From contig OZ245742.1 in NCBI GenBank assembly GCA_965227295.1, positions 3,968,001-4,032,000 on the forward strand: a DNA stretch of 64,000 bases, in the 5' to 3' direction. The notes below the pieces were generated by a model. It searched no databases. It was not told where the DNA came from and saw nothing but the letters and a program-made list of their open reading frames with translations. Shown piece by piece: positions 39,166 to 49,212 of the stretch (position 1 is the stretch's first letter; each line of letters starts with the position of its first letter). This DNA comes from Leptonemataceae bacterium (GTDB taxonomy: Bacteria; Spirochaetota; Leptospiria; Leptospirales; Leptonemataceae). A program made the translations under genes and the position numbers.

Positions 39166-40476
39166 TTACGCATTCGTCCCGATGCCGTAGTACGTAAACC
39201 CGAGCTTTATCAACTGCTCCCGGTCGTGGATGTTCCGGCCGTCGAAGAGCAGCGGTTCTTTGAGCGCCTGTTTGATGCGATCAAAGTCCGGCTCCTGGTA
39301 CATGGGCCACTCCGTGAGCAGGAGCAGGGCGTCCGCGCCTTCCAGGGCGGAGTACATGTCCGGGGCGTAGGTAATGGAATCACCGAAGATGACCTTCGAG
39401 GTCTCCTCGGCGACCGGGTCCGTCGCCTGGATCTTTGCGCCGTGTTTCGTTAAGTGCTGGAGGATCGTAATCGACGGGGCCTCGCGCATATCGTCGGTGC
39501 CGGGCTTGAACGCCAGGCCCCAGACCGCGAAAGTTTTTCCGCTGAAGTCCGTGGTGCCGTAGTGTTTTTCCAGGATGCGCAGCATGCGTTCTTTCTGGCG
39601 ATCGTTGGTGCGTTCGATTTCGTGGATGAGCGGCGCCTCGTAGCCGGCGTCGTCGGCGATCTGCCCGAGGGCGCGTACGTCTTTCGGAAAACACGAGCCG
39701 CCGTAGCCGATGCCGGCATACAGAAACTTGCGGCCGATGCGCGAGTCCGTGCCGAGGCCCAGGCGCACGTCGTTGTAGTTGGCTCCCAGGGTATCGCAGA
39801 GATTCGCGACCTCGTTGGCGAACGAGATCTTCAGCGCGAGAAAAGCGTTACAGGCGTACTTCGTAAGTTCGGCCGACTTCACGTTCATGCTGAGGATCGG
39901 GTTGTCGGTCTCGTTGACGAAGGCGTGATAGAGTTCCAGCATCACGTCGCGGGCGCGCTCCGAGTCCGCGCCGATCACGACGCGCTCCGGTTTCATGAAG
40001 TCGTCGATGGCCCGGCCCTCGCGCAAAAATTCAGGGTTGCTCACGACATCGAACTCGTGCTGCGCATGTTTTGCCGCGGCCTCTCGAACAAGGTCCGCAG
40101 TGCCCACGGGAACGGTGGACTTGTTCACCAGGATCTTATAACCGTTCAGGTGTTTGCCGGTGTCCTCGGCCACTTTCAGTACACCCCGCAGGTCGGGGCG
40201 CCCGTCGCCGCCGTCCGGCGTGCCCACGGCAATGAACACGACGATGCTGTCCTGCACGGCCTCTGCGAGATTGGTGGTGAACAGCAGCCGGCCCTTCTGG
40301 TGATTGCGGAGCACCATTTCCTGCAGTCCGGGTTCGTAGATCGGCATAATGCCGTTCTTGAGTTTCTCGATCTTGCCTTCGTCGATGTCCACGCAGTAGA
40401 CCTGATTGCCGTATTCGGCGAAACAGGTTCCTGCGACCAGACCCACGTAGCCCGTACCCACTACTGTCAATTTCAT
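39166..40476 (-). CDS. ugd: UDP-glucose 6-dehydrogenase
   Basis: VGTGYVGLV, KSTVPVGT, SNPEFLREG, GYGGSCFPKD, AFKPGTDDMREAP, DGRN. Confidence 0.96.
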   Translation of the reverse strand: MKLTVVGTGYVGLVAGTCFAEYGNQVYCVDIDEGKIEKLKNGIMPIYEPGLQEMVLRNHQKGRLLFTTNLAEAVQDSIVVFIAVGTPDGGDGRPDLRGVLKVAEDTGKHLNGYKILVNKSTVPVGTADLVREAAAKHAQHEFDVVSNPEFLREGRAIDDFMKPERVVIGADSERARDVMLELYHAFVNETDNPILSMNVKSAELTKYACNAFLALKISFANEVANLCDTLGANYNDVRLGLGTDSRIGRKFLYAGIGYGGSCFPKDVRALGQIADDAGYEAPLIHEIERTNDRQKERMLRILEKHYGTTDFSGKTFAVWGLAFKPGTDDMREAPSITILQHLTKHGAKIQATDPVAEETSKVIFGDSITYAPDMYSALEGADALLLLTEWPMYQEPDFDRIKQALKEPLLFDGRNIHDREQLIKLGFTYYGIGTNA

Positions 40477-40576
40477 GGGGAGCCAGTTTTGTGAGCAGCA
40501 ATGCCGTGTCGAGCGGTATTAGAATGATGAAACGGGGACCTGTGACGATTCGGTGACAGGAGGATGGGAGGGGGAT

Positions 40577-40690
40577 AACACCGAGGACCGAGAGACCGAG
40601 GAAAGAGTGTGGAGGGTTGCAGTTCCTTGATCGCGTTCCAGCTATGAGAGTTCTCCGGATTTGAATCTCGGACCCTCGGTCCTCGGTGTT
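40577..40690. repeat. REPIN/MITE-like element copy E5
   Basis: Perfect 16-bp inverted repeat aacaccgaggaccgag / ctcggtcctcggtgtt. Confidence 0.85.
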
Positions 40691-40715
40691 GAATCCTTCT
40701 TCAAGATGTTCACGC

Positions 40716-43214
40716 TCACTCAATCAGCTTCCGGATCTCCGCCGCATTCGGCGCGTTCGGGTACAGCTCCAGATACTTCTGCAAGTGCGCCTTCGCATCC
40801 CGCGGGCGGTTCAGATCGCGGTACAGCAGCAGCCCGAGTTGCTCGTTCGCCTGCACGTGATTCGGCTGCACCGCGAGCAACGAGGCATATGTACTGGCCG
40901 CGGCCTGGTAGTCGTTGGTGTCCCGGTACGAAAGCGCCAGGTTCAGATAAGCTTCCGCACGCCGTGACTTAATGCGAATGGCGTTCTTGTAGGCGCGCCG
41001 GGCCTCGGCGTGCTCGTCAAGTTTGCGGTAGAGATTGCCCGCGTTGAAATGCAGCCGATAATCGCTTGTGTTCGTCGTCGTCGCGCGACGCATCACCGAA
41101 ACGGCGTCGAGGCGCTGGCCGGATTTCAGGAGCAGCGGCACCGCTTCGATGGCGGCGTCGGCGTGACCGGGATTCAGCTTCAACGCCCGTTCGAAGGCGG
41201 CGAGGGCGGCCTGGTCTTCGCCGCTGTCCCGGTGCAATCGACCGATCGTGTAATGCAGGGCGGGGTCGTCGGGCTTTACCTTCGAAGCGGATTCCAACGC
41301 CTGGAGGGCGCCGGCCGTGTCACCGCTCTTCGAAAGGGCGAGGGCCAGGTTGAAATGCGCCTCGTAACGTTTCGGTTCCAGCTGCACGGCGCGACCGTAA
41401 GCCTCGGCGGCGGACTTGTGATCGCGCTTCATCGAATACAGTTCCCCGCGCTGATAATGCAGCGCGGCGACTTTCGGATGTTGGCGGCTCTGCGTTTCCA
41501 GAACATCGAGGGCCTTCGAACTACGCCGTTTTTGTTTCAGCAAAATGGCCAGATTGAGCGCGGCCTGCCAGCGATCCGGATCGCGTTCCAGGAGATCTTC
41601 ATACGTATGAATGGCTTCGTTCGTGCGGCCGGCCTTCGCCTGACTGACGCCCAGGTTAAAGCGCGCCTGGTGTAAGTTTGGAGCGAGCTGCACGGCATCC
41701 GCAAAGTAACGCACCGCATCGGCGTAGCGGCGTTCGCGGAAGTGGATCTCACCGAGATAGTAGCGGGGCCGGTGATCTTTGGGGCCCAGGTTGGCGGAGC
41801 GTACGTAGGCGGCCCGGGCGTCCTGGTGCCGGCCGGTCCGATCATACACGCGACCGGTGAAGTAGTGGACCTCGCCGTCCTTCGGCGCCAGGCTTGCGGC
41901 GCGGCGAAAACTCTCGAGGGCGCGGTCGTACTCTTTTTCTTCGTAGAAACGTTTGCCCTCGGCTTTGAGATCGGTCACGGACTGGCCGCGGCCCGGGTCT
42001 TCGAAAACGTCCGACGAAAGCGCCGCGGTGACTTCGCGGCCGGCGCGGTCCGTCACCGTGACCAGCACGCCGTCTTCGTTAGCTGCTTCTGAGCTTGAAT
42101 TAGGGGCCTCGCCGTTCGTTTCACCGGACGCATCGAAGCCGGCCACGGTAATGGCGCCGTTCGGATCCACCGCCAGGTCGAAGACGTCCGACGGCAGTTC
42201 GTTCGTTGCCTGTTCATCGTGGGCCAGGCTTTGCGCGGGAGTGCGGGCGGTGCGTTGGGCCGCGAGAAACTTCGAGCGCAGGATGCGATTGTCAATGTCG
42301 TAACGTAAGGCCATGCGATAGGCCAACTCTACGGCGGCCGCGGGCGCGTTCGTCGCGCGGCGCAGATCGCCCACGCGTTCCCATACTCTGGCCTGGCGTT
42401 CGTCCAGGTGGACGGAGCGTTCGTAGGCGGCGAGGGCCCCGGTGAGATCGCTACCGCGTCGTTCCTTGCCGAAACGGACTTCGTAGGCGCGGCCGAGCGC
42501 GAGCCAGTTCTCCGCGGTCTCCGGCTTCGCGCGCACGGCGGCTTCCAGAACCTGCACGGCCTCGTGGACCCGGCCCTGTTTCAACAGGTACACGCCCTTG
42601 TTCTTTAAGGCAACGCTGCTCGTGGGATTGTTGCGAATGCCTTCGTTCAGGACTTCCTCGGCCGCCTCGCGATCGCCTTCTTCTTCGAAGACGGCCGCGC
42701 GCTTCGCGTACGATTCAGGATGCCCCGGTTCCACCCGGGAGGCGGTCTCGTACTCGAAGACGGCGTCCTCGGTGCGGCCCTCGATGTGGCGGACGTCGCC
42801 GCGGCGGTTGTAGGCCGGGGCGCGGTCCGGCAGCATGGCGGAAGCATCGGCGGCACTACCCCAGGCAGCGGGCAGGCGGCCTGCCTCTAACTGTCGCTCG
42901 GACAATCTTACCATCACGGCGTACTTTTGTTCGCGGACGATGCCCTCCAGTTGCAGGGCCCGTTCCAGGACCGCAATAGACCGGGGCAGATCACCGCGGA
43001 GCCTGTGCAGATGGGCGAGGTCCAGGTAGTCGTAGAGGGCGCCGGCGTCGTCGTCCAGGCGGGCTTCCAGCTCCGCGATCTCGGCGGCCAGGGCGTCCCC
43101 GGGTAAATCGGTCTGGCCGCGCTGGTAGAGATTGTAACCCAGGGCCAGGCAGAGGAACAGGGCCCCGCCGATCATAACGTCCAGGGCGCGACGATTCCGA
43201 AAGAGTGCGTACAT
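40716..43214 (-). CDS. Large membrane-anchored TPR protein
   Basis: N-terminal TM helix and two TPR blocks separated by a low-complexity linker; GGA-containing ribosome-binding site before ATG 43214. Confidence 0.88.
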   Translation of the reverse strand: MYALFRNRRALDVMIGGALFLCLALGYNLYQRGQTDLPGDALAAEIAELEARLDDDAGALYDYLDLAHLHRLRGDLPRSIAVLERALQLEGIVREQKYAVMVRLSERQLEAGRLPAAWGSAADASAMLPDRAPAYNRRGDVRHIEGRTEDAVFEYETASRVEPGHPESYAKRAAVFEEEGDREAAEEVLNEGIRNNPTSSVALKNKGVYLLKQGRVHEAVQVLEAAVRAKPETAENWLALGRAYEVRFGKERRGSDLTGALAAYERSVHLDERQARVWERVGDLRRATNAPAAAVELAYRMALRYDIDNRILRSKFLAAQRTARTPAQSLAHDEQATNELPSDVFDLAVDPNGAITVAGFDASGETNGEAPNSSSEAANEDGVLVTVTDRAGREVTAALSSDVFEDPGRGQSVTDLKAEGKRFYEEKEYDRALESFRRAASLAPKDGEVHYFTGRVYDRTGRHQDARAAYVRSANLGPKDHRPRYYLGEIHFRERRYADAVRYFADAVQLAPNLHQARFNLGVSQAKAGRTNEAIHTYEDLLERDPDRWQAALNLAILLKQKRRSSKALDVLETQSRQHPKVAALHYQRGELYSMKRDHKSAAEAYGRAVQLEPKRYEAHFNLALALSKSGDTAGALQALESASKVKPDDPALHYTIGRLHRDSGEDQAALAAFERALKLNPGHADAAIEAVPLLLKSGQRLDAVSVMRRATTTNTSDYRLHFNAGNLYRKLDEHAEARRAYKNAIRIKSRRAEAYLNLALSYRDTNDYQAAASTYASLLAVQPNHVQANEQLGLLLYRDLNRPRDAKAHLQKYLELYPNAPNAAEIRKLIE

Positions 43215-43243
43215 GGTATTACCTTTTTCCTGCGAGTGTGGGC

Positions 43244-44131
43244 TCACAGATCATCCAGCTCGATGATGCTTTCGCCTTTATTATCGGACTTCTCGCCCTC
43301 GAATCGACCCGGCATGTACGGAACTCTGCTGTCCGTACCTTCCGGAACTTCGTCTTTTTCGCCGGCGAAGCTAAAGTTCGGGTCTCTCAGCAGTTCCAGG
43401 GCCTGATCAATCTGCGGGCCCTGAGGGTCGTCCGGGGCCAGCTCGCGATATTTTTCCCAATGTGCGATGGTGGCGTCTTTATCGCGCCGGAGTCCGTAGG
43501 CGATCAGGCCCAGGTAAAAGTGGCAGAGATGAAAATTCGGGCGGGCTTCCAGGGCGGCCTCGAAGGCCTGGGCCGCAGCGTCCGCGTTTTTCTGTAAGTA
43601 ATAGACCTGACCCAGGCGAAAGAACTCTTCCTCCGGGTACGGGGAGAGTTCCCGGGCGATCTGGAAGTTCTGTTCGGCCGCCTCCAGTTCGCGGCGCAGC
43701 AAGTAGATGTCCCCGGCATAGCGATAGGCGAGGGCGGTCTCCGGCTCGCGTTCGGATACACGCTCGAAGAGCTTCAGCGCAATGTGATAACGTTTGGCGA
43801 AGAAATGCTGCTCGGCCCGGGCGAGCAACTCGCGACTCTCCGGATTTTCGATGCGTTCGACATAAGCCGCGCGGATTTCCTCGGGGGTTTTTTCGACCTC
43901 AGCCGGTGTGTCGGTGGATTCGGTCCGGGATTCGCCCGCGCCTTCGGTGGTGTCGGCTGATTCGTCGGACGGTGCGTCGTTTGTGCTATCGTTCGGGGTC
44001 CGGTTTGTACTTTGCGATGCGTCCGCCGGATTCGCCGGGGTTTGTTCCGCATAAACGGGGACAATGCACAGGCACAGCAGCGCCAGGATTGTACTTCGCA
44101 GTCCGGTCATTGTTAGTAAGATCGGCGGCAT
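43244..44131 (-). CDS. Exported TPR protein
   Basis: Signal peptide, acidic linker, about 4 TPRs. Confidence 0.85.
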   Translation of the reverse strand: MPPILLTMTGLRSTILALLCLCIVPVYAEQTPANPADASQSTNRTPNDSTNDAPSDESADTTEGAGESRTESTDTPAEVEKTPEEIRAAYVERIENPESRELLARAEQHFFAKRYHIALKLFERVSEREPETALAYRYAGDIYLLRRELEAAEQNFQIARELSPYPEEEFFRLGQVYYLQKNADAAAQAFEAALEARPNFHLCHFYLGLIAYGLRRDKDATIAHWEKYRELAPDDPQGPQIDQALELLRDPNFSFAGEKDEVPEGTDSRVPYMPGRFEGEKSDNKGESIIELDDL

Positions 44132-44305
44132 GGGAAAGATCTATAGCGGGAAATTTCCGGTATTGATGGGAAGCATATCTTGCGCGAGGGACCCGGAGCG
44201 CGCAACGCGATGAGAGCCCCGGCGCGAAGAGAACCATGTTCGCCCGCTTCTTTCCCGGAATCGGTCTTGACCGATTCTCCGGCGGGGTGTAAGAATGTTC
44301 ATCAC

Positions 44306-45490
44306 ATGGAGGGACTGAAAACCGAACGAAGCGACAAGTTCATCGACCTTCCGTCCCGGATGATCCTTACCACCGCCGGCCTGGATCTCTTCCAGCGCTC
44401 GGGCACGCCGCTCAAACGCATCAGCAATCGCGACGGCTCGGCCTGTGAGGGCCTTGAGTCGCCGAAGTTCAACGCGGCCACCGCGCAGAAAATGGTAATG
44501 AATTCTTACCTGGCGGAGATCTATACCCGCCTGCCCGATCTGCTCACGCGACGCTATCAAATCATCAGCACCAACAATCTCATCGTCTACGCCATTCTGT
44601 ACAAGAAGTTGAGTCCGTCGCTGGCGAAGACCATGTTCGAGACGAACGTGGTCCGCGAGTTCAACCGCAAGAATCCGAAAAACTCCATCGTCGATCTACA
44701 GCACATTTCGCCGAAGCAGGCCGAGACGCTGATCAAGGCCAAGGCCGACACGTTTCGCAAAATCGAGGAAGAGATCATGGCCGTGGTGCGTCAGATGATC
44801 ATGAACGATCCCGCTATTTCGGACGAGGACCGCCAGTCGCGCGTCATGAGCCTGGGCAAGTTCATCAAGTGGATCGACAAACGCATCTGGTTTCTCTACT
44901 ACGTCATCTATCTCACCGACGCGCGCGAGCAGATGCGCAACGTCTTCGCACGAATGGTTGCGCGCTATCTCGATCACACCAAGATCGCCACGCACCTGAG
45001 CAATCTCGTCATGGAGTTTATTCAGAACGCGGAGAAGGCGCACTTCGAGCGAATCATCGTGCGCAACGGCCTGGCCAAACGCGAACACGTCGATAAGTTT
45101 CTACGCAAGCGCGAGAACCGCACGCTCGTAATTTCCGAAGCGAAGAAGGCCGGGCAGTGGCTGGAACTCGCCTGGAACATGAACCCGGAACGCGCCGCCG
45201 TCGGCAGGCAGTATCGCATCTGGATTACGATCTCGAACTACGGCCTCATCGACGAACGCGTGCGCGATAACCTGGCCAAAAAGATGAAGACGAACACCGA
45301 CGGCATCGGCATCGCCGACTTCTATTCCAGCGGCGACGGCGACGCGGACAAACTCGGTGCCGGTCTGGGGCTGTTGTATAACTCGTATCTCGAAGACATC
45401 TGCAAACAAGAAGGCATTCAGTACAAGACGAACATCTTCCCGGAGCCGCAGAAAGAGAAGACCACGGTGCGGATTGAGATTTCGTTGTGA
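44306..45490 (+). CDS. Hypothetical protein with a putative C-terminal GHKL/HATPase-like domain
   Basis: Long ORF with coding-like codon usage; VMEFIQNAEKAH (N-box-like), ISNYG, GAGLGLL (G2-like). Confidence 0.75.
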   Translation: MEGLKTERSDKFIDLPSRMILTTAGLDLFQRSGTPLKRISNRDGSACEGLESPKFNAATAQKMVMNSYLAEIYTRLPDLLTRRYQIISTNNLIVYAILYKKLSPSLAKTMFETNVVREFNRKNPKNSIVDLQHISPKQAETLIKAKADTFRKIEEEIMAVVRQMIMNDPAISDEDRQSRVMSLGKFIKWIDKRIWFLYYVIYLTDAREQMRNVFARMVARYLDHTKIATHLSNLVMEFIQNAEKAHFERIIVRNGLAKREHVDKFLRKRENRTLVISEAKKAGQWLELAWNMNPERAAVGRQYRIWITISNYGLIDERVRDNLAKKMKTNTDGIGIADFYSSGDGDADKLGAGLGLLYNSYLEDICKQEGIQYKTNIFPEPQKEKTTVRIEISL

Positions 45491-45552
45491 TTCGTAGCCG
45501 GTCCGGATTTAAGTGTAAGTGAACTGAGGTTCTCCACAGACTATCAATTCTT

Positions 45553-45668
45553 GCGTTAGCGATCCGGAGGGTGGGCCGCAGGCCCAGTCTCAGCCGTCTT
45601 CGGCTGAGACCGCAGCGATAGCGGAGCCCGGAGGAGCGCGACCCGGAGCGTAGCGGAGGGGAACGCCC
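45553..45668 (-). ncRNA. Multi-hairpin structured RNA/repeat, Acido-Lenti-1-like (copy 2)
   Basis: Reverse complement reads gggcg-[hairpin]-ccgggctccgctatcgctgcggtc-[hairpin]-gact-[hairpin]-accctccggatcgctaacgc, colinear with 38208-38304. Confidence 0.5.
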
Positions 45669-45847
45669 AAATAAATATCGCTTGATTACAAGTTAACGTA
45701 ACAAATATTCAAAGACAAACGAGAATACATCTTGAAGATATGGCTTATACCCGGGGAACCGCCGGCCAGTTGCCTCGCCCGCGTCGAAGGATATCGCGCA
45801 GTTGGTAGCTGCCGTCCCTGACTCTCCTCCTCCGGTAAAAGATCTTC

Positions 45848-46921
45848 CTACAACGAATCCGCTTTCGGCAACAACGAGAAATCCTGCAACAACAGCACGT
45901 TGTACACCGCCAGCATGACGACGATGCCCAGGATGATCGTGATCAACGAAAACATGATCGTGAGGAACACGGTATTCGCCAGCATGCGAAAACCCAGGAA
46001 CGCAAAGGCCGAGGTCATGTCCGCCTCCGGCGCCTGGCTCCGGCCGACCCGCAGATACGCGCGTAGATAAAACACCGTGAGCGCGCCGACGCCGAACAAC
46101 AGCAACAGCGCAAAAAAACCGGGGAACGACAACTGCAGTTTGTAGACCGGCAGCAGAAACAGATTCGCGACCAGCAGCCCCACGCCCATGATCACGACGA
46201 CCTCGATCGTGGCGTCGAGGACCGTGCGATCGCCGGACTGCCGGCGACGATCGCTGCGCATGTGTTCCATGAACTTCGTTTCGGAAAGTTGCATGTCCGG
46301 GGATGTCGGGAGGATGCGCCGGAGCAACACTGCCGCCCCGAGTAGAATCAGCAGAATTTCCAGCGCGGCCACGGCGAGGACTGCCGTGGTATTCTGGAAC
46401 AGCAGCAGTTGACCGTGGCGTGCGGTCAAGAGGCCCGAGCCGATCATCAACATCGAAATGGAAACGATCATCGTGGACATGGGATCGTAGAACCAGTGGC
46501 GCTTGCGGAGGGCCAGCAGACAGAGCACCATCACCGTACACCAGAAGATGTTGATTCCGAGGCGGAAGCTATCCGAGGTGAACGAGCGCGACATGGCCCG
46601 CAGCAGATCCTCGGGGCGCGAATCGCTTTCCAGGAGGGGATCGTCGAACGTGCCCATGAGCGCGCGCTGGACGTAGACGCGTTCGATCAGCCCCGGCGAC
46701 CAGACCCAGCGAACCTCGGTTTCTTTGCGGCTGAGTTCTTCCAGGCGCCGGGACGCCTCTTCCGCCGACTCGCCGGCGTACAGGAACGAGCCCGTGGAGC
46801 GTTCGCGAAACTCCACCGATTCCGAGGGGCTCAGCCCGCTTTCAAAAGCCGGCGCGCCGGTGATGGACGACAGGAAATACAGAAAATACAGGGCGAGTGT
46901 CAGAACATTGAGGCGGGCCAT
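45848..46921 (-). CDS. Hypothetical multi-pass membrane protein
   Basis: About 7 hydrophobic segments; divergent from lolCE. Confidence 0.8.
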   Translation of the reverse strand: MARLNVLTLALYFLYFLSSITGAPAFESGLSPSESVEFRERSTGSFLYAGESAEEASRRLEELSRKETEVRWVWSPGLIERVYVQRALMGTFDDPLLESDSRPEDLLRAMSRSFTSDSFRLGINIFWCTVMVLCLLALRKRHWFYDPMSTMIVSISMLMIGSGLLTARHGQLLLFQNTTAVLAVAALEILLILLGAAVLLRRILPTSPDMQLSETKFMEHMRSDRRRQSGDRTVLDATIEVVVIMGVGLLVANLFLLPVYKLQLSFPGFFALLLLFGVGALTVFYLRAYLRVGRSQAPEADMTSAFAFLGFRMLANTVFLTIMFSLITIILGIVVMLAVYNVLLLQDFSLLPKADSL

Positions 46922-47031
46922 CGGTTAGCGGAAACGTTTTTGGAAGATGATGCGCTGTCCAGTGAAATCGCAGACTCCTTCCCGTTCTCGGTTGACCCGG
47001 CACTTCGGCGCGGAAAACTGACCTCTCGCGC

Positions 47032-48360
47032 ATGTCCCGCATCTTCCTCGAACTCTTCATTGCCCTGCGCTATCTCCGCGGCCAGGGACGCACCGTGATC
47101 TTCAACCTCGGCACGCGGCTGTCGTTCTTTTTTCTGGCGCTGCTCGTCTACATCATGGTGCTCGTTCTCTGCGTCTTTACGGGTTTCCAGAAAGAAGTGA
47201 ACAAGTCGCTGACGAACTCGGGTTATCACGTCATCGTAAGCCGGCAGCCTTCGGGCCTGCCCATGCGCAACTATCGCGAGGTGTTGCAGAACATCGAAAA
47301 GGATGAGGCCATCGCGGCCCGGGCGCGCTCGGTTTTTCCGAGCATTCAGTTGAACGCGCTCCTGGAAATCGACAACATTTTCGAAGGCAAGGGCCTGCGG
47401 GCGATCCCCGCCACCGAGGACGAACTACGTCGGGGCAAGCTCAAAGACTTTCCGCCCATCGTGCATTACAATCGCGACTATCTTCTGAATTTCAACGAGG
47501 ATAACTACGTGCTCGTCGGCCGGGAGATGGCGCGGTACTACGGCTGGCGTGTGGGCCAGCGCATCCAGTTGTTCATGCCCCGCGGCGGTCTGTTGACCCG
47601 GGGCATTCAGGTCCGCCAGGCCGAGTTTACCATCGCGGGTTTCTTTCGCACGGGCTACTACGAGTTCGATCTCAACTTAATCTTCATGTCACTGCCCACG
47701 GCCCAGCGCGTGTTGCAACTCGGCAACCAGTCCACCGAAATCATCGTCCAGCTCAACGATCTCAGCGACATCGATCGCGTCGAGGCGTTGGTCCGCGACA
47801 GTCTGCCGAAACCGCGCTTCGACTACGCCATCCGCACTATCAAACAGGAGAAAGGCAACTTCCTCGCGGCGTTGCGTCTGGAAAAAACGTTGATGATGAT
47901 CATCCTCTCGCTCCTGATCCTGGCCGGGGTCGCGGGTATCTGGGTGACGGTGCATTTGCTTGTAAAGGCGAAGTCCCGGAGCATCGGCATGCTGCGGGCC
48001 ATGGGGCTGTCCACGCGATCCATCATCGTCATCTTTACGGCGCATTCCATGTTGATCGGCGTGCTGGCCACGGCCGTGGGGGGGAGCATCGGCATTTTCG
48101 TTGCCGAACGTCTGGAAGCGATCATCCAGCTCATGGAGGACGGCACGAACGCCGTGATGGGTTACCTCATGTCCTCGTGGCAGCCCGTTAGTTTTATTCC
48201 GCAGAACATTTATTATTTCGATCACCTGCCGGTTGAGGCGGACCCGGCGGTCATCTTCGGCGTCGCCGTGGCCACCGTGATCCTCTCCGGCCTTGCCGGT
48301 TACTTCCCGTCGCTCCAGGCCGCGCGGGTGGATCCCGTTCGAACCATTCGCACCGAGTAA
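47032..48360 (+). CDS. Lipoprotein-releasing ABC transporter permease (LolC/E family)
   Basis: FIALRYLR, GFFRTGYYEFD, ALRLEK, IGMLRAMG, IYYFDHLPV, AARVDPV. Confidence 0.92.
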   Translation: MSRIFLELFIALRYLRGQGRTVIFNLGTRLSFFFLALLVYIMVLVLCVFTGFQKEVNKSLTNSGYHVIVSRQPSGLPMRNYREVLQNIEKDEAIAARARSVFPSIQLNALLEIDNIFEGKGLRAIPATEDELRRGKLKDFPPIVHYNRDYLLNFNEDNYVLVGREMARYYGWRVGQRIQLFMPRGGLLTRGIQVRQAEFTIAGFFRTGYYEFDLNLIFMSLPTAQRVLQLGNQSTEIIVQLNDLSDIDRVEALVRDSLPKPRFDYAIRTIKQEKGNFLAALRLEKTLMMIILSLLILAGVAGIWVTVHLLVKAKSRSIGMLRAMGLSTRSIIVIFTAHSMLIGVLATAVGGSIGIFVAERLEAIIQLMEDGTNAVMGYLMSSWQPVSFIPQNIYYFDHLPVEADPAVIFGVAVATVILSGLAGYFPSLQAARVDPVRTIRTE

Positions 48361-48382
48361 TGATCACTGAACGTAAGTTAAC

Positions 48383-49099
48383 ATGAGCACGGCAGAAAAC
48401 AACAACGTCCCCGGCGCGACGGCCTCCGGCGAGATCCGCATCTCCTCGCTCATGAAGGAGTTCCGCGGAGAGGGCGAAACGATTACCGTGTTGAACAACC
48501 TGTACCTGGACGTTCCGGCCGGCAGCATTGTCTCCGTGGAGGGCGCGTCCGGGGAGGGCAAGAGCACGCTCTTGAACATCATCGGCACCATCGACCAGGC
48601 GACGTCGGGTACCGTTATCATCGACGGTGCCGAGATCACGTCCATGACCGAGCGCGACAAAGAGGCCTTCCGCGCCGATCGCCTGGGCTTCATCTTTCAG
48701 CATCATTACCTTTTGCCCGATTTCACCGTTCTGGAAAACGTCATGATGCCCATGCTCATCCAGCGCAAGCCGGTGCCGTCCAGCCGGGACGAAGCCGCGA
48801 ACGCACTGAATATGGTCGGCCTGGCGGAGCGCTTGAACCACTATCCCACCCAGATCTCCGGCGGTGAGATGGCCCGGGCCGGCGTGGCCCGTTCCCTGGT
48901 CGGCGGCAAACAACTGATCCTGGCCGACGAACCCACGGGCAACCTGGATCAGCGCAACTCCGATCGCCTCGCGGACTTACTGTGGAAATTACAGGGCGAG
49001 CTTAAGTTCACTTTGTTAATTGTTACCCACGACATGGATCTGGCCGGTCGGGTTCCGGTGCGGTACCGCCTTGCCGGTGGGAACTTAGAGAAACATTAG
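48383..49099 (+). CDS. lolD: Lipoprotein-releasing ABC transporter ATP-binding protein
   Basis: GASGEGKST, GFIFQHHYLLPDFT, ISGGE, LADEPTGNLD, VTHD. Confidence 0.92.
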   Translation: MSTAENNNVPGATASGEIRISSLMKEFRGEGETITVLNNLYLDVPAGSIVSVEGASGEGKSTLLNIIGTIDQATSGTVIIDGAEITSMTERDKEAFRADRLGFIFQHHYLLPDFTVLENVMMPMLIQRKPVPSSRDEAANALNMVGLAERLNHYPTQISGGEMARAGVARSLVGGKQLILADEPTGNLDQRNSDRLADLLWKLQGELKFTLLIVTHDMDLAGRVPVRYRLAGGNLEKH

Positions 49100-49212
49100 A
49101 TTCTTAATTCTTCGCGCCAGGGATTGTAAGGATTATGCCGTCAGGCGCAAGTCCGGAACGAAGCGGAGGTCGCCGTTTCCATATTCTCTGCCTTCTCTGA
49201 TTTCGCCGACCT

